Below are positions 12,916 through 26,701 of a stretch of DNA of 64,000 nucleotides, piece by piece. The DNA comes from Mobula hypostoma. Its lineage: Eukaryota. The translations under genes were made by a program, and so were the position numbers. The notes below the pieces were generated by a model. The model ran no database searches, was not told the DNA's origin, and saw only the letters and a list, made by a program, of their open reading frames with translations. The stretch is from assembly GCF_963921235.1 (NCBI RefSeq), contig NC_086109.1, positions 18,912,001-18,976,000 of the forward strand, in the 5' to 3' direction. Within the stretch, counting starts at the first letter, position 1. Each line of letters begins with the position of its first letter.

Positions 12916-13194
12916 CTGAATGATCTTCTTTTATGACACTCTGAAATGTTTGGTCCATTAATATCAGAATGTTTTAAAAGCATATATGCTTTTAGTCAAT
13001 TTGCTGCAAACTTTAGCAGAAAACACTGTGCATTTTCTATAGCCTTTAAGAATATCAATATAACATTGTACTTTAAGCAGATTACAGGCTGTTCAGCCTA
13101 TTAGAATTTTTATCATTATGGCTACAATCATGTGAAGTTCTGGGATTATCCTTGTTAACTGAGATAGTTGAAACTAGAGAAACTAATTCAGTAA
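12916..13194 (+). repeat. Copy B of the local duplication (empty site)
   Basis: Matches 10770-10850 plus 11643-11814, and carries an extra ~33 bp bounded by GGCT. Confidence 0.85.
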
Positions 13195-13269
13195 TACTGA
13201 AGATTAAGATCAAAAGTTTCGATTGTGATCCCACGTCCCTTTTTCCAAGGCCATTAGCATGTCCATTCA

Positions 13270-14995
13270 TTTTTAATCTGCTGATTCCTACAATCCTGAT
13301 TGAGAAGTTGCAGAACCTGGGCTTCTGTACCTCCCTTTGCAATTGAATCTTCACCTTCCTAACCGGAAGACCACAGTCTGTGTGGATTGGTGATAACATC
13401 TCCTCCTCACTGACGATCAACACTGGCGCACCTCAGGGGTGTGTGCTTAGCCCACTGCTCTACTCTCTATATACACATGACTGTGTGGCTAGGCATAGCT
13501 CAAATACAAACTATAAATTTGCTGACGATATAGCCATTGCTGGGGTAGAATCTCAGGTGGCGATGAGAGGGTGTACAGGAGTGAGATATGCCAACTAGTG
13601 GAATGGTGCCGCAGCAACAACCTGGCACTGAACATCAACAAGACGAAAGAGCTGATTGTGGACTTCAGGAGGGTAAGATGAAAGAACACATACTAATCCT
13701 CATAGAGGGATCAGAAGTGGAGAGAGTGAGCAGCTTCAAGTTCCTGGGTGTCAAGATCTCTGAGGCTCTAATCTGGTCCCAACATATCGATGTAGTTATA
13801 AAGAAGGCAAGACTATACTTCATTAGGAGTTTGAAGAGATTTGGCATGTCAACAAATACACTCAAGAACTTACAGAGCAGGCAAGTAGAAATTAGAGTTC
13901 CCCTAGGCAGAGCAGAATTGAGAAGTAGGATTAAAAAAGGTATAGAGAAGAAGTGGCAGGAAGATTGGAAAATGAATTAAGGGGCAGGCATTATTTTTCT
14001 AGTCACCCACTGGTTAAAAAGGTCTCAGACTGTTACCTTTTAAGTCGTAGAGATATGGTGAAATTTACAAGACTTCGATTGGGGCATTGTGGGCTAAACT
14101 ATTATTTAAAGATAATAGGAAAACATCCGACTAGATTATGTGACTGTGGTAGTCTAGAGACTGTCCAGCATGTTTTGCTGAGCTGTAATCGATACGAAAT
14201 TGAAAGAAGCATCTTGCTCAAGAGGCTATCTGGCTTAAATTTATTTTGGTTTTCTATTAAATCTTTGTTTGGCCATCAAGAGAATCAACATCTGATTGAA
14301 GAGTCTATCATTCAGTTTATACATGAGACTAGGTTGTATTCGAGAATTTGAGTTCCTTGAAGTTCTGTAATTAATTATACATCCTGTGGAGGGCTGTGAT
14401 ACGCCTAGATGTGTCTAAACAGCCAGAAATAGAAGAAGTAAAAGAAGAACTTATGTAGATGTACTGTGGAGAGCATTCTGACTGGCTGCATCACTGTCTG
14501 GTATGGGAGGGCTACTGCACAGGATGAAAGAAGCTGTAGAAAGCTGTAAATCTAGTCAGTTCCATCTTGGGCACTAGCCTACAAAGTACCCAGGACACCT
14601 TTAGGGAGCGGTGTCTCAGGGCACCCAGGGCATGCCCTTTTCTCACTTTACCATCAGGTAGGAGGTACAGAAGCCTGAAGGCACACACTCAGCGATTCAG
14701 GAACAGCTTTTTCCCCTCTGGCATCCGATTCCTAAATGGACATTGAACTCTTGGACACTACCTCACATTTTTTAAGATACAGTATTTCTGTTTTTTGTAC
14801 TTTTTAATATCTATTCAATATACATATACTGTAATTGATTTACTTATTTATTTTTCATTATTTTTATTTTATTTATTATTATTATTTTCTTTTTTCTCTC
14901 TCTCTGCTAGATTATGTATTGCATTGAACTGCTGCTGCTAAGTTAACAAATTTCACGTCACATGCCGGCGATAATAAACCTGATTCTGAATTCTG
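13270..14995 (+). mobile_element. Rex1/Babar-type LINE, RT to 3' end, split by a Nimb insertion
   Basis: [23 protein letters not shown]...YKFADD, VSSFKFLGVKISE, and FGMSTNTLKNL continuing after the insert as RCTVESILTGCITVWYG. Tail ATAAACCTGATTCTGAATTCTGA. Confidence 0.9.
13873..14444 (+). mobile_element. 5'-truncated Nimb/I-group LINE 3' end
   Basis: FTRLRLGHCGLNYYLKIIGKHPTRLCDCGSLETVQHVLLSC (C-terminal CCHC), an AAG-rich tail and TSD AAGAACTTA (13864-13872, 14445-14453). Confidence 0.85.
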
Positions 14996-15047
14996 AAACG
15001 GTTTCTTGGTCTTGTCTCTCAATCAGAACTCTGTGACTTCTGAGAGT

Positions 15048-15665
15048 TTCAAGTCAAGTCAAGTCAAGTCAAGTCACTTTTTATTGTCATTTCGACCATA
15101 ATTGCTGGTACAGTACACAGTAAAAAGGAGACAACGTTTTTCAGGACCATGGTGCTACATGAACAATACAAAAACTACACTGAACTACGTAAAACAACAC
15201 AAAACTACACTAGACTACAGACCTACCCAGGACTGCATAAAGTGCACAAAACAGTGCAGGCATTACAATAAATAATAAACAAGACAATAGGCACAGTAGA
15301 GGGCAGTAGGTTGGTGTCAGTCCAGGCTCTGGGTATTGAGGAGTCTGATGGCTTGGGGGAAGAAACTGTTATATAGTCTGGTCGTGAAAGCCCAAATACT
15401 TTGGTGCCTTTTTCCAGATGGCAGGAGGGAGAAGAGTTTGTATGAAGGGTGCGTAGGGTCCTTCAAAATGCTATTTGCTTTATGGATGCAGCGTGTGGTG
15501 TAAATGTCTCTAATGGCGGGAAGAGAGGCCCCGATGATCTTCTCAGCTGATCTCACTATCCGCTGCAGGGTCTTGCGATGTGAGAAGGTACAATTTCTGA
15601 ACCAGGCAGTGATGCAGCTGCTCAGGGTGGTCTCAAAACAACCTCTGTAGAATGTGGTGAGGATG
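15048..15665 (-). mobile_element. Rex1/Babar-type LINE 3' end with a (GACTT)n tail
   Basis: RSAEKIIGASLPAIRDIYTTRCIHKANSILKDPTHPSYKLFSLLPSGKR; (AAGTC)5 at ~15051-15075. Confidence 0.85.
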
Positions 15666-17147
15666 GGGGGTGTGGGCGGAAGATGGATGTAGTTTGACGA
15701 CAGTTCAGCAATTGGGCTATTTCCTTTGGTCCATTAACAAATATTCTCTTTTCAAAGGTAGAAGACTGACCTCATAAATAAGCTCCAAAATCAAAACTGT
15801 ATTTGATTGGTAGAAATAAAAATCTCTGGTGTAATGGATAAGAATCCATTTGTGCATGTGAACGTGTGCATGAGAATGGAGATATAAAAAGCCAATAGAA
15901 GGCTGGGTAAAATTTTTATTTTGCTGTTGACTCCCATGTGTAGTGAACACTAAGATAATGAATTCAGCAGTTGCTGAGCACTAAAATTGAAGTTTTGCTA
16001 AGGCATGCCTTCAAGATAGTTGATTAAATCAGATACAGTACTGGAAATGTTTCCAAAACTAAACTGAGGGGCTTACAGGATGAAGGTTCAATTGATACTG
16101 GGTGTTACCAATCCAAGTAGTGAATAATCTACTGGTTTATTAACCTCTGGTCAAGACTTGGCTTGTATTGCACTTGTGTTTGGCTAACACGCGTTCCATA
16201 AAGCAAGGTTTTCAAAGCTCCAGAACAAGGAGCGGAAGGTTTAATCAGGGATTAAACAAGGGATGAGGATCTTCAGATCAGTGGAAGGGGACATTATCTT
16301 TAAAGTGGAAGAGGTTAAAGAAAGACTAAAAATGGTCTCAAGTTTAAGAGATTTTTATGAAAGCTTGAAGGATTTTATAAAATTTTCTGAAAGCTGATTG
16401 TGTCGCCTCTGATCTGGGCCGACATTTACATGTTGGGTGACACCTAATTAGCTTGTTTATTTCGGCTTTTTTCTTAAAGACGTGCTGGGTGCGTTTCGGC
16501 ACTGTTGTATGCTGCATTCTTCGTGGCAATGTATCAGTCTGCGGCCCGGAGGTTGGCATTCATCGGCAAGCAGTAACGTTAGCCGAAGGGAAAAAAAAAG
16601 TACTAAATTCTCTGAAATGGCTGAAGATGTTTCAGCCAAATCAAAATACTTTAAAAAATTCCACATCTCAAGTTGAATGGAAATTGACAAAGCACAAGAG
16701 ATTCTGCAGGTGTTGGAAATCTAGAGCAACACACACAACATGCTGGAGGAACGCAACAAGTCAGGCAGCATCTATGCAGGAGAATAAACAGTTGAAATTT
16801 TGGGCTGAGACCCTTGTTGATCTTGTCTGTAACATTCATTACCTGAAATAAAGCTGAAGAACTTACTGTTTCTGCTACAGGAGAATAAATGTTGCATGAC
16901 GTTGCCAATAAAATGACTCCAAATTTGCTGAAGGCAGTGCCACAGTGGATGTGTTTGAAGAATTAATGAATAAATCTTGGCCTTGAATTAGCTATTTCAC
17001 GCACTGTGGATGTGAAGGAGTTTTAAGGGTTGTGTTTGACCTGCATAACCATTTATTGATTGCAAACTTGGTTAGCCTGTTTTAATTTGCTTGCACATGA
17101 GTAAGTTCTCCACAAGGACTTTGTGCTTGCATCTGCTAGTGGTGTTA

Positions 17148-17720
17148 GACCTATAAGACATAGGAGAAGAATTGGGCCATTCAGCCCATCGAGTCTGCTT
17201 TGTCATTCCATCATGACTGATTTATTATCCATCTCAACCCCATTCTCCTGCCTTCTCCCCATAACCTTTGTCTTGCCTCACTAATGGAGCTGGCATGGTA
17301 ACAGCGGTTATCACAACACTTTACAGTATAGGCAACCTGGGTTCAATTCCCACCACTGCCTGTAAGGAGTTGGTATATTCTCCCCTTGGCCATGTGTGTT
17401 TCCTCCGAGTGCTCGGGTTTCCTCCCACATTCCTAAAGGTGTACCGGTTGGTTGGTTAATTGGTCATTGTAAATTGTCCGATGATTAGGCTAGGATTAAA
17501 TCAGGGGATTGCAGGGTGGTGTGATTCGAAGGGCAAGAAAGGCCTATTCTGCACTGCGTCTCAATAATAAAAATAATCAAGAATTCATCAACCTCTGTTT
17601 TAAATATACCTAGTGACTCAGCCTCCACAGCTGTCTGTGGCAATGAATTCCACAGATTCATCACCTCTGGCTAAATAAATGCTTCCTCCTCTGTTCTAAA
17701 GGGTCATCCATCTATTCTGA
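17148..17720 (-). mobile_element. CR1 3' end interrupted by a plus-strand SINE-like insert (~17285-17575)
   Basis: Same CR1 tail as 11885. The insert carries a B-box-like CCTGGGTTCAATTCCC and GGGTTTCCTCCCACATTCC, typical of tRNA-derived SINEs. Confidence 0.6.
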
Positions 17721-20526
17721 TTGTTTCTCTAATATCTGGTATTGGCTGCTTCATAGTGGCAAAGGACTGAGGCATTTTCTCATTAAAGCAAGCTGTATAT
17801 GGTAGATTATTTCGAGAGGCCACACTTTTTCTTCTTGAAGACTTACGGACCCCAGGAAAGGATTCTTCTGCTCCATTTGACTGAAGGCTCCATTTCAGTT
17901 CGAATGCCTTCAATCATTTAAAGCAGCAAAGGCTAATTTATTGTTTATTAAAGGGGAAAAAATAGCTTGTGAAAACATTGGAAAATAAGATGTTTCTGGG
18001 CATATTCAATTAATTGCCATGTTCTCAAAAGCAGCTTGAATTAGAATGTAACTTCTGTGTGGTTGCAAAACAACATAGGAGAAAACGGGTAGGTCTTCCT
18101 ACTGCAGCCTGTTGTGCAAGTCTATTAGACTTCCACTGATCTATATCTTTACTCTATTAACTCACTTTGGTTCTGTAAACTTTCTAAAACTTTCCCTAAC
18201 ACATCAATATGCTCTGAATCTGCAATTGGCCTCCAGTGACAGATTTGGGATGATTGCCAGGCTTCATTTGCACCCCTGTGAACAAGTGCTTTGTGATGTC
18301 ACCCTTTAATAGGTTGGCCTAACTTTCAATGTTTGAGTTTTAAAGATAAATATTAGCTTTATTTGCCACATTACATTGAAGCCTCAAGACTTACCATGAA
18401 ATGTGTTGTTTTGGGTCAATGATCAACACAGGCCAAGGATGGACTGCGGGTAGCTTGCAAGTGTTGCCATGTTTCCGGCGCCTACATTGCATGCCCACAA
18501 CTTACTAATCATAACCTGTATGTTGTTGGAATGTGGGAGGAAACCCATACAGTCAGGGGGAGACCATACTTCCCACTTTTTCCTCCACCAACTGAACCGT
18601 AAATTTGAAGACATCATGGAAATTGGAGTTGAGGATAATGTTGAATGTTAGCAAAGGATACAATGGGGTATACTGGAAATTCAGGCAGAGACATGGCAGA
18701 TGGAGTTTAATCCAGACTATTACTTTTTGAGGAGGTGCAGTTTGAAAGGTCAAATGCAAAAGGTCAATACAGAATTCTTGGGAACACTGATATACAGAGT
18801 GAACTTGGAGTGAAAGTATGTAGTTCCCTGGAAACGCAACATTGGTGGAGATTGTGGTAAAGACGACATAGAACATACTAGTCTTCATCAGTCAGGGCAT
18901 TAAGTGTAAAAGCAGTTTTCATGTGTAAAACCTTGCTTAGGCTGTTGTAACATGAACAAAATCACCAGAGAGGCACTGAAGGTAGTGGATACAGAAATGT
19001 TTTATTCCACAAAATGAGTGGAAGAAGTCTGTTTGACCCAATATTACATGACATTTTATATACTAGAGATCAAAAGGTAAAAGCAGGACAATTTTAGAGT
19101 TACAATGCTTCTTTTGAATTACATACATTTTTCACACCCCTTCGCACCCACATTCCAGACATCCAAAATGTATTCAGCATTGTCTGGTTTTCAATCAACT
19201 GGTTTTGACAGGTCCAGGAAATCTATTGTTCAGGGCTGCATTTTAAATTTAATTTACATTCCACATTCTCGTCTGAAGAATGGCTGCTGTTGAATTAAAT
19301 ATTTGTTATATACTCTAACTCCAGAATTGGCCTTAACATGGCCACATTGGGAGTATCATGTACAGTTCTGGTCACCCCATTATAGAAAGGATGTGAAGGC
19401 TTTGGAGAGGATGCAAAAGTTGTTCACCAGGATGCTGCCTGGATTGGAATGCATTAGTCATAAAGGAAGGGTGGACAAACTTGGTTTGTTATTCCCTCGA
19501 GGGTCAGAGGCTGAGGGGGCCATAAGCATAGTGGGTTGAAGAACTAATTCCTGTTCTCTATTTTATGTTCTAATGGAATTAGTACTCATTATCAAATTCA
19601 TTAAATCACCAACTGTTGAATATAGATACTCCTCCCCCCCTTGAATTCCTTCATAACATCCTTTATAATCTTTTTAGGCTCTGGGGCACAAGCAGAAAAG
19701 AGATGAGGCTTGAGTTAGATCAACCATGATCATATTGAGTGGTAGGGCAGGCTTGAGGGGCCAAGTGACCTACATCTTTTCTTGTTTCCATGTGTTCTGA
19801 GGAAGTGCTATGTAGTTCGAGATGTTGTGAGACTAAGTTTTGATTTGCCTTCCCAGATGAATGTGAAACATCCACTTTGTTATGAGCATTCAAGATGTCC
19901 TGAATGTGTTTCTTGATTATCATTAATACATGATCAGACCATCATCAGATGGTTGATTATGAGAAAAATTATTATGGTGAAAAAAATACCAGACTTTGCA
20001 ATAGTGATTGTACCAAAATGCACTCCATGGGTGTGAAGTACAATGAAGTGACCCAAGTGATGAATCCTATGGTATTGGTATGGTAAATGCTCTGCCCAAG
20101 ACTGCAGGGAGTTGTGGACACAGCCTAGTTCATCATGGATACCAGATGTTCCTCCGTGCTCTTTGCCAGCTCTCACTGTCTCAGTAAAGTAGCCAACAAA
20201 ATCAAAGACCCCTCTCATCCCACACATTCTCTCTTCTCCTTCTCATCAGGAAAAAGCCTGAAAGATAAGAAAAATCTTGAAAGAATCTTCAGGAACGGTT
20301 TCTATCCTGCTGTTATGAGACAATTGAAGGACCTTTTGGTGCTGGAAGGTACAGAAGCCTTAGATCCCACATCATAAAGCTCAGGAGCAGGTTTTATCCT
20401 ACAGCCATCAGGCTCCTGAACCAGCATGGATAACTGCATTCACCACCATTCTGAACTGATTTCAGAACATATTGACTCACTTTAAGGTCTCTTTACAACT
20501 CACATACTCAGTATTACTTTTGTTTG

Positions 20527-20612
20527 CAAACAACAGGAATTCTGCAGATGCTGGAAATTCAAGCAACATACATCAAAGTTGCTGGTGAACGCAGCAGGCC
20601 AAGCAGCATCTA
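20527..20612 (-). mobile_element. Short PLE terminal-tail insertion in a Rex1-type 3' UTR
   Basis: Near-identical to the PLE tails at 1631 and 56399. Flanked by ACTTTTGTTTG (20516-20526, 20615-20625). Confidence 0.75.
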
Positions 20613-20807
20613 TAACTTTTGTTTGTACATTTTGTCTTCTTTGCATATTGGTGTTTGTTATTCTTTATGTATGGTTTTTAATAAAATTCCATTGTACTGT
20701 ACTTCCTTTTTGTCCCCCCTCCTTTACAAGACTGCAAGAAAACAACTCTCATGGTAGTATATGGTAACATACGCTTAATTTGAAAATTATGAATAAACAC
20801 TTTTTAG

Positions 20808-21450
20808 GCTTCCAGCTGGGTACAGGTATCAATTACGACCAACGCTTCGATGACAAAACTCTGTCATCTTCATCAGAGATGATGCCCAGTCTGGTGGTAT
20901 TTATACCCCCAACATCCATCCTTCCTGAATGGATGAGGACAAACCAATCAGGGTTCCACCATCCCACCTTGTTTACAATCGAATTCCAGTTCTTACTTAA
21001 AGTGAGACCTTCAGCATTGTTGAAATTCTTTTCCTCTAGTTTTATTTCGATTTTATTCCAGGCAGTCCCAAAAGCCATTGGCATGGCACAGTAGTTTTGT
21101 GCCATCGAAGTCGCTACTGTGCTGCACCAATGGCTTTTAGGACCACATGGTGAAGGAAGCCATTGAAATAAGACAAGAGGAAAAGAGTTTTAACAAAGAT
21201 GAAGGTCTCGCTGTAAGTAAGAACTGGAAATTGATTGCAAACAAGGTGATACAGTGGAAACTTGATGGGATGAAGACTAACAAATCAGGAGGGATGGACA
21301 ACAGGGGTATAAATACCACTGGACTAAACATGCCCAGGCATCATTCCTGAGGACAATATCAGTATTTGCCATCAAAAGTCAATACCTGTCTCCAGCTGGA
21401 AGTCCAAGAAGAGTTTATTCATCAGATATGCCAGGATGGCACTACATCCT
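20808..21450. mobile_element. Second PLE family: two 3'-end fragments in inverted orientation
   Basis: Minus arm KIEIKLEEKNFNNAEGLTLSKNW and plus arm KEAIEIRQEEKSFNKDEGLAVSKNW (PLE endonuclease C-terminus). Hammerhead-like CUGAUGA-AGAUGAC..GUCAUC-GAAG on the minus strand at 20839-20880. Confidence 0.7.
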
Positions 21451-22292
21451 TTTTCAATTTGAAAATTACTCTGATATGATGGATGCTAAACCTCAGAATC
21501 TACTTTGCTATGGCATTGCACCTTATTGTCTGCTTACATGAAACTTTCTCTGCAACTGTAACACTATGTTATGCATTTGTTATTTCCTTTCCCTTAACCA
21601 CCACAATGTACTGATGAGATGAAATGATCTGTAACAATGGCATACAAAACCAAGCTTTTCCGTGTACTTCAAAACATGATACAATCAAAAGGTTGAGCAT
21701 GGTGGGACTAATGTTCTGAGCTGTGTACATTTCAATGCAAGGAGTATTGCAGGAAAGGTGGATGGGCTTAGGGCATTGATCAACACATTGAATTATGAGA
21801 TTGTGGCCATTAGTGAGACTTGGTTTCAGGAAGGGAAAAACTGACATTTCAGTATTCCAGGGTTCATACATGATAGAGCAGATGGGATTAGAGAGGGAGG
21901 AGTGACATTGCTAGCCGTAGAAATTGTCACAGCAGTGCTCAGTCAGGACAGACTGAAGAGCTCATCTAGTGAGTCTTTATAGGTAGAACAGAAAAATAAG
22001 AAAGATATAACCACATTAGTGTGATTATATCATAGACTGCGGGGTTTAGAGGAGCGTATTTGTAGAGAGATCGCAGACATCCAAGAAACGCAAGGTTATG
22101 ATAAAAGGTGATTTTAATTTTCCACATGCTGACTTGGACTACCATACTGTAAAAGGGTTTGATGGGAAAGAGTTTGTCATGTGTGTTCAGGATAGTTTCC
22201 TTAATCAGTACGTAGAAGTCCCACTAGAAAGAGTGCGATACCAGATCTTCAGTTATGGAATGAGACAGGGCAGGTGACAGGTTTGTGGACTG

Positions 22293-22372
22293 CAGGGGTT
22301 CCAAACCTGGGGACCACGAACCCCTTACTTAATGGTATTGGTCCACAGCTTAATAAAGGTTGGGAAACCCAG
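22293..22372. mobile_element. ~80-bp hAT-type MITE
   Basis: TIRs CAGGGGTTCCAAACCT / AGGTTGGGAAACCCAG. Related to 34973-35051; TSD is unclear. Confidence 0.55.
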
Positions 22373-22772
22373 GTGAAAGGGAACTCTTTGTATCTAGTGA
22401 CTTTAATGGCATTAGTTTCAAGGTCATTATGGAAAAGGACAGGTCTTGTCTTCAGGTTGAAATTCTAAATTGGAGAAAGGACAATTTTTATGGTATCAGA
22501 AAGGATCTGGCAAGTGTGGAAGTCAGTCCGCGAGTCAGCGGGAGTATTTAAAAGAGAACAGTTCGATGGAGCGGGCGACGGAGTAGAGGGAGACAGAGTA
22601 GGAAGGCTTTATCTCGAGAGGCTTCAGCGAGCAGAGGCTGAGGGTGAGGATGAGCTTCACGCCAACTGAGGTAAGGCCGGGTAAGTTCCTTTGAAAGGAG
22701 AACGATCTGCAGCGGTATTTTATTTGAAGCAAGGAAGGCAGCGAGGCTGTATCGTAGCGGTAGCGGTAGGTC

Positions 22773-23719
22773 ATGACAGCTGAGATCGGCCCCATGGTTT
22801 GTTCATCCTGCAGTATGTGGGAAATCAGGGATACTTCCAGTGTCCCTGATGACTATGTCTGCAGGAAATGTGTCCAGCCGCAGCTTCTGGCAGACCGCAT
22901 TGAGCGGCTGGAGCTGCGATTGGATTCATACTGGAACATCTGCGATGCTGAGAAAGTCATGAATAGCACGTTCAGTGAGTTGGCCACACCGCAGGTAAAG
23001 GCTACACAGGCAGAAAGGGAATGAGTGGCCACTAAACAGCTTAGCAGTAGGTAGGTAGTGCAGGAGTCTCCTGAGGTCATCTCCCTGCTAAACAGATATA
23101 CTGTTTTGGATACTGTTGGGGGAGATGTCTCATCAGGGGAAGGCAGCAGCAGCCGAACTCATGCACCATGGATGGCTCTGCGGCACAGGAGGGAAGGAAA
23201 AGGAGTGAGAGAGCTATAGTGATAGGGGATTCAATTGAAAGGGGAATAGACAGGCGTTTCTGTGGCGGCAAACGAGACTCCAGGAGGGTATGTTGCCTCC
23301 CTGGTGCAAGGGTCAAGGATATCTCTGAGCGGCTGCAGGACATTCTGGAGTGGGAGGGTGAACAGCCAGTGGTCGTGGTGCACATAGGTACCAACGATAT
23401 AGGTAAAAAATGGGATGAGGCCCTACAAGGTGAATTTAGGGAGTTGGGAGATAAACTAAAAAGTAGGACCACAAAGGTAATAATCTCTGGATTACTACCA
23501 GTGCCACGTGTTAGTCAGAGTAGAAATAGGAGGATATTTCAGATGAATACGTGGCTTGAAAAATGGTGTAAGGGGGAGGGATTCAAATTTCTGGGGCATT
23601 GGAACCAGTTCTGGAGGAGGTGGGACCGGTACAAACAGGAGGGTCTGCATCTGGGCTGGACTGGAACCAATGTCCTAGGGGGAGCGTTTGCTACTGTTGT
23701 TCAGGAAGATTTAAACTAA
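22773..23719 (+). pseudogene. CR1 ORF1 (zinc finger/leucine zipper plus SGNH esterase), disrupted
   Basis: CSSCSMW...CRKC.Q..LLADRIERLELRL; esterase blocks IVIGDS, CLPGA, VHIGTND and GLHL. Stops at ~23022 and ~23052, frameshift at ~23162. Confidence 0.9.
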
Positions 23720-26701
23720 TGTGGCAGGGGGATGGGAACAAGTGCAGAGAGACAGAGGGGTGTAAAATGAGGGTAGAAGCAAAAAGTAGTAAGGCGAAAA
23801 GTAGAAGTGGCAGGCTGGCAAATCCAGGGCAAAAATCAAAAAGGGACACTTTTCAATATAATTGTATAAACGCTAAGAGTGCTGTAAAAGAGCGCCTGAA
23901 GGCTTTGTGTGTCAATGCAAGGAGCATTCGTAACAAGGTGGATGAATTGAATGTGCAGATAGTTATTAATGATTATGATATAGTTGAGATCGCAGAGACC
24001 TGGCTCCAGGGTGACCAATAATGGGAGGTCAACAGTCAGGGATATTCAATATTCAGGAGGGATAGACATGAAAGAAAAGGAGGTGGGGTAGCATTGCTGG
24101 TTACAGAGGAGATTAACGCAATATAAAGGAAGGACATAAGCCGGGAGGATGTGGAATCAATATGGGTAGAGCTGCATAACACTAAGGGGCAGAAAATGCT
24201 GGTGGGAGTTGTGTACAGGCCACCTAACAGTAGTAGTGAGGTTGGGGATGGCATTAAACAGGAAATTAGAAATGTGTGCAATAAAGGAACAGCAGTTATA
24301 ATGGGTGACTTCAATCTACATATAGATTGGGTGAACCGAATTGGTAAGGGTGCTGAGGAAGAGGATTTCTTGGAATGTATGCGGGATAGTTTTCTGAACC
24401 AACATGTCGAGGAACCAACTAGAGAGCAGGCCATTCTGGACTGGGTATTGAGCAATGAGGAAGGGTTAGTTAGCAATCTTGTTGTGCGAGGCTCTTTGGG
24501 CAAGAGTGATCCACTATGGTGGAATTCTTCATTAAGATGCAGAATGACATAGTTAATTCAGTAACAAAGGTTCTGAACTTAAAGAAGGGTAACTTTGAAG
24601 GTATGAGACGTGAATTTGCTAAGATAGACCGGCAAATGATACTTAAAGGATTGACGGTGGATATGCAATGGCAAGAATTTAAAGATCGCATGGATGAACT
24701 ACAACAATTGTTCATCCCAGTTTGGCAAAAGAATAAATCAGGGAAGGTAGTGCACCCGTGGCTGACAAGGGAAATTAGGGATCGTATCAATTCCAAAGAA
24801 GAAGCATACAAATTAGCCAGAGAAAGTGGCTCATCTGAGGACTGGGAGAAATTCAGAGTTCAGCAGAGGAGGACAAAGGGCTTAATTAGGAAAGGGAAAA
24901 AAGATTATGAGAGAAAGCTGGCAGGGAACATAAAAACTGACTGTAAAAGCTTTTATAGATATGTAAAAAGGAAAAGACTGGTAAAGACAAATGTAGGTCC
25001 CTTACAGTCAGAAACAGGTGAATTGATCATGGGGAGCAAGGACATGGCAGACCAATTGAATAACTGCTTTGGTTCTGTCTTCACTAAGGAGGACATAAAT
25101 AATCTTCCGGAAATAGTAAGGGACCGAGGGTCTAGTGAGATGGAGGAACTGAGGGAAATACATGTTAGTAGGGAAGTGGTGTTAGGTAAATTGAAGGGAT
25201 TAAAGGCAGATTAATCCCCCAGGCCAGATGGTCTGCCTCCCAGCGTGCTTAAGCAAGTAGCACAAGAAATAATGGATGCATTAGTGATAATTTTTCAAAA
25301 CTCTTTAGATTCTGGATTAGTTCCTGAGGATTGAAGGGTGGCTAATGTAACCCCACTTTTTAAAAAAGGAGGGAGAGGGAAATGGGGAATTATAGACCGG
25401 TTAGCCTGACATCGGTGGTGGGGAAACTGCTGGAGTCAGTTATCAAAGATGTGATAACAGCACATTTGGAAAGTGGTGAAATCATCGGACAAAGTCAGCA
25501 TGGATTTGTGAAAGGAAAATCGCGTCTGACGAATCTCATAGAATTTTTTGAGGATGTATCTAGTAGTGTGGATAGGGGAGAACCAGTGGATGTGCTATAT
25601 TTGGATTTTCAAACGGCTTTTGACAAGGTCCCACACAGGAGATTAGTGTGCAAACTTAAAGCACACGGTATTGGGGGTAAGGTATTGATGTGGATAGAGA
25701 ATTGGTTAGCAGACAGGAAGCAAAGAGTGGGAATAAACGAGACCTTTTCAGAATGGTAGGCAGTGACGAGTGGGGTACCACAAGGCTCAGTGCTGGGATT
25801 CCAGTTGTTTACAATATATATTAATGACTTAGACGAGGGAGTTAAATGCAGCATCTCCAAGTTTGCAGATGACACGAAGCTGGGCGGCAGTGTTAGCTGT
25901 GAAGAGGATGCTAAGAGGATGCAGGGTGACTTGGATAGGTTAGGTGAGTGGGCAAATTCATGGCAGATGCAATTTAATGTGGATAAATGTGAGGTTATCC
26001 ACTTTGGTGGCAAGAACAGGAAAACAGATTATTATCTGAATGGTGGCCGATTAGGAAAAGAGGAGGTGCAACGAGACCTGGGTGTCATTGTACACCAGTC
26101 ATTGAAAGTGGGCATGCAGGTACAGCCGGCAGAGAAAAAGGCGAATGGTATGCTGGCATTTATAGCAAGAGGATTCGAGTACAGAAGCAGGGAGGTACTA
26201 CTGCAGTTGTACAAGGCCTTGGTGAGACCACACCTAGAGTATTGCATGCAGTTTTGGTCCCCTAATCTGAGGAAAGACATTCTTGCCATAGAGGGAGTAC
26301 AAAGAAGGTTCACCAGATTGATTCCTGCAATGGTAGGACTTTCAAATAATGAAAGACTGGATTGGTTAGGCTTATACTCTTTGGAATTTAGAAGATTGAG
26401 GGGGGATCTTATTGAAATGTATAAAATTATAAAGGGATTGGACAGGTTAGATGTAGGAAGATTGTTCCCAATGTTGAGGAAGTCCAGAACGAGGGGTCAC
26501 AGTCTGAGGATAAAGGGGAAGCCTTTTAGGACCAAGATGAGGAAAAACTTCTTCACACAGAGAATGGTGATTCTGTGGAATTCTCTGCCACAGGAAACAG
26601 TTGAGGCCAGATCATTGGCTATATTTAAGAGGGAGTTAGATATGGCCCTTGTGGCTAAATGGATCAGGGGGTATGGAGGGAAGGCTGGTACAGGGTTCTG
26701 A
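23720..26701 (+). pseudogene. CR1 ORF2 (AP endonuclease plus reverse transcriptase), disrupted
   Basis: NARSIRNK, AETW, YRPP, MGDFN, NYRPVSLTS, QHGFVKG, LDFQTAFDKVPH, SGVPQGSVLG, KFADDTK. Stops at ~24019, 25212, 25332 and 25757, plus two frameshifts. Confidence 0.93.
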
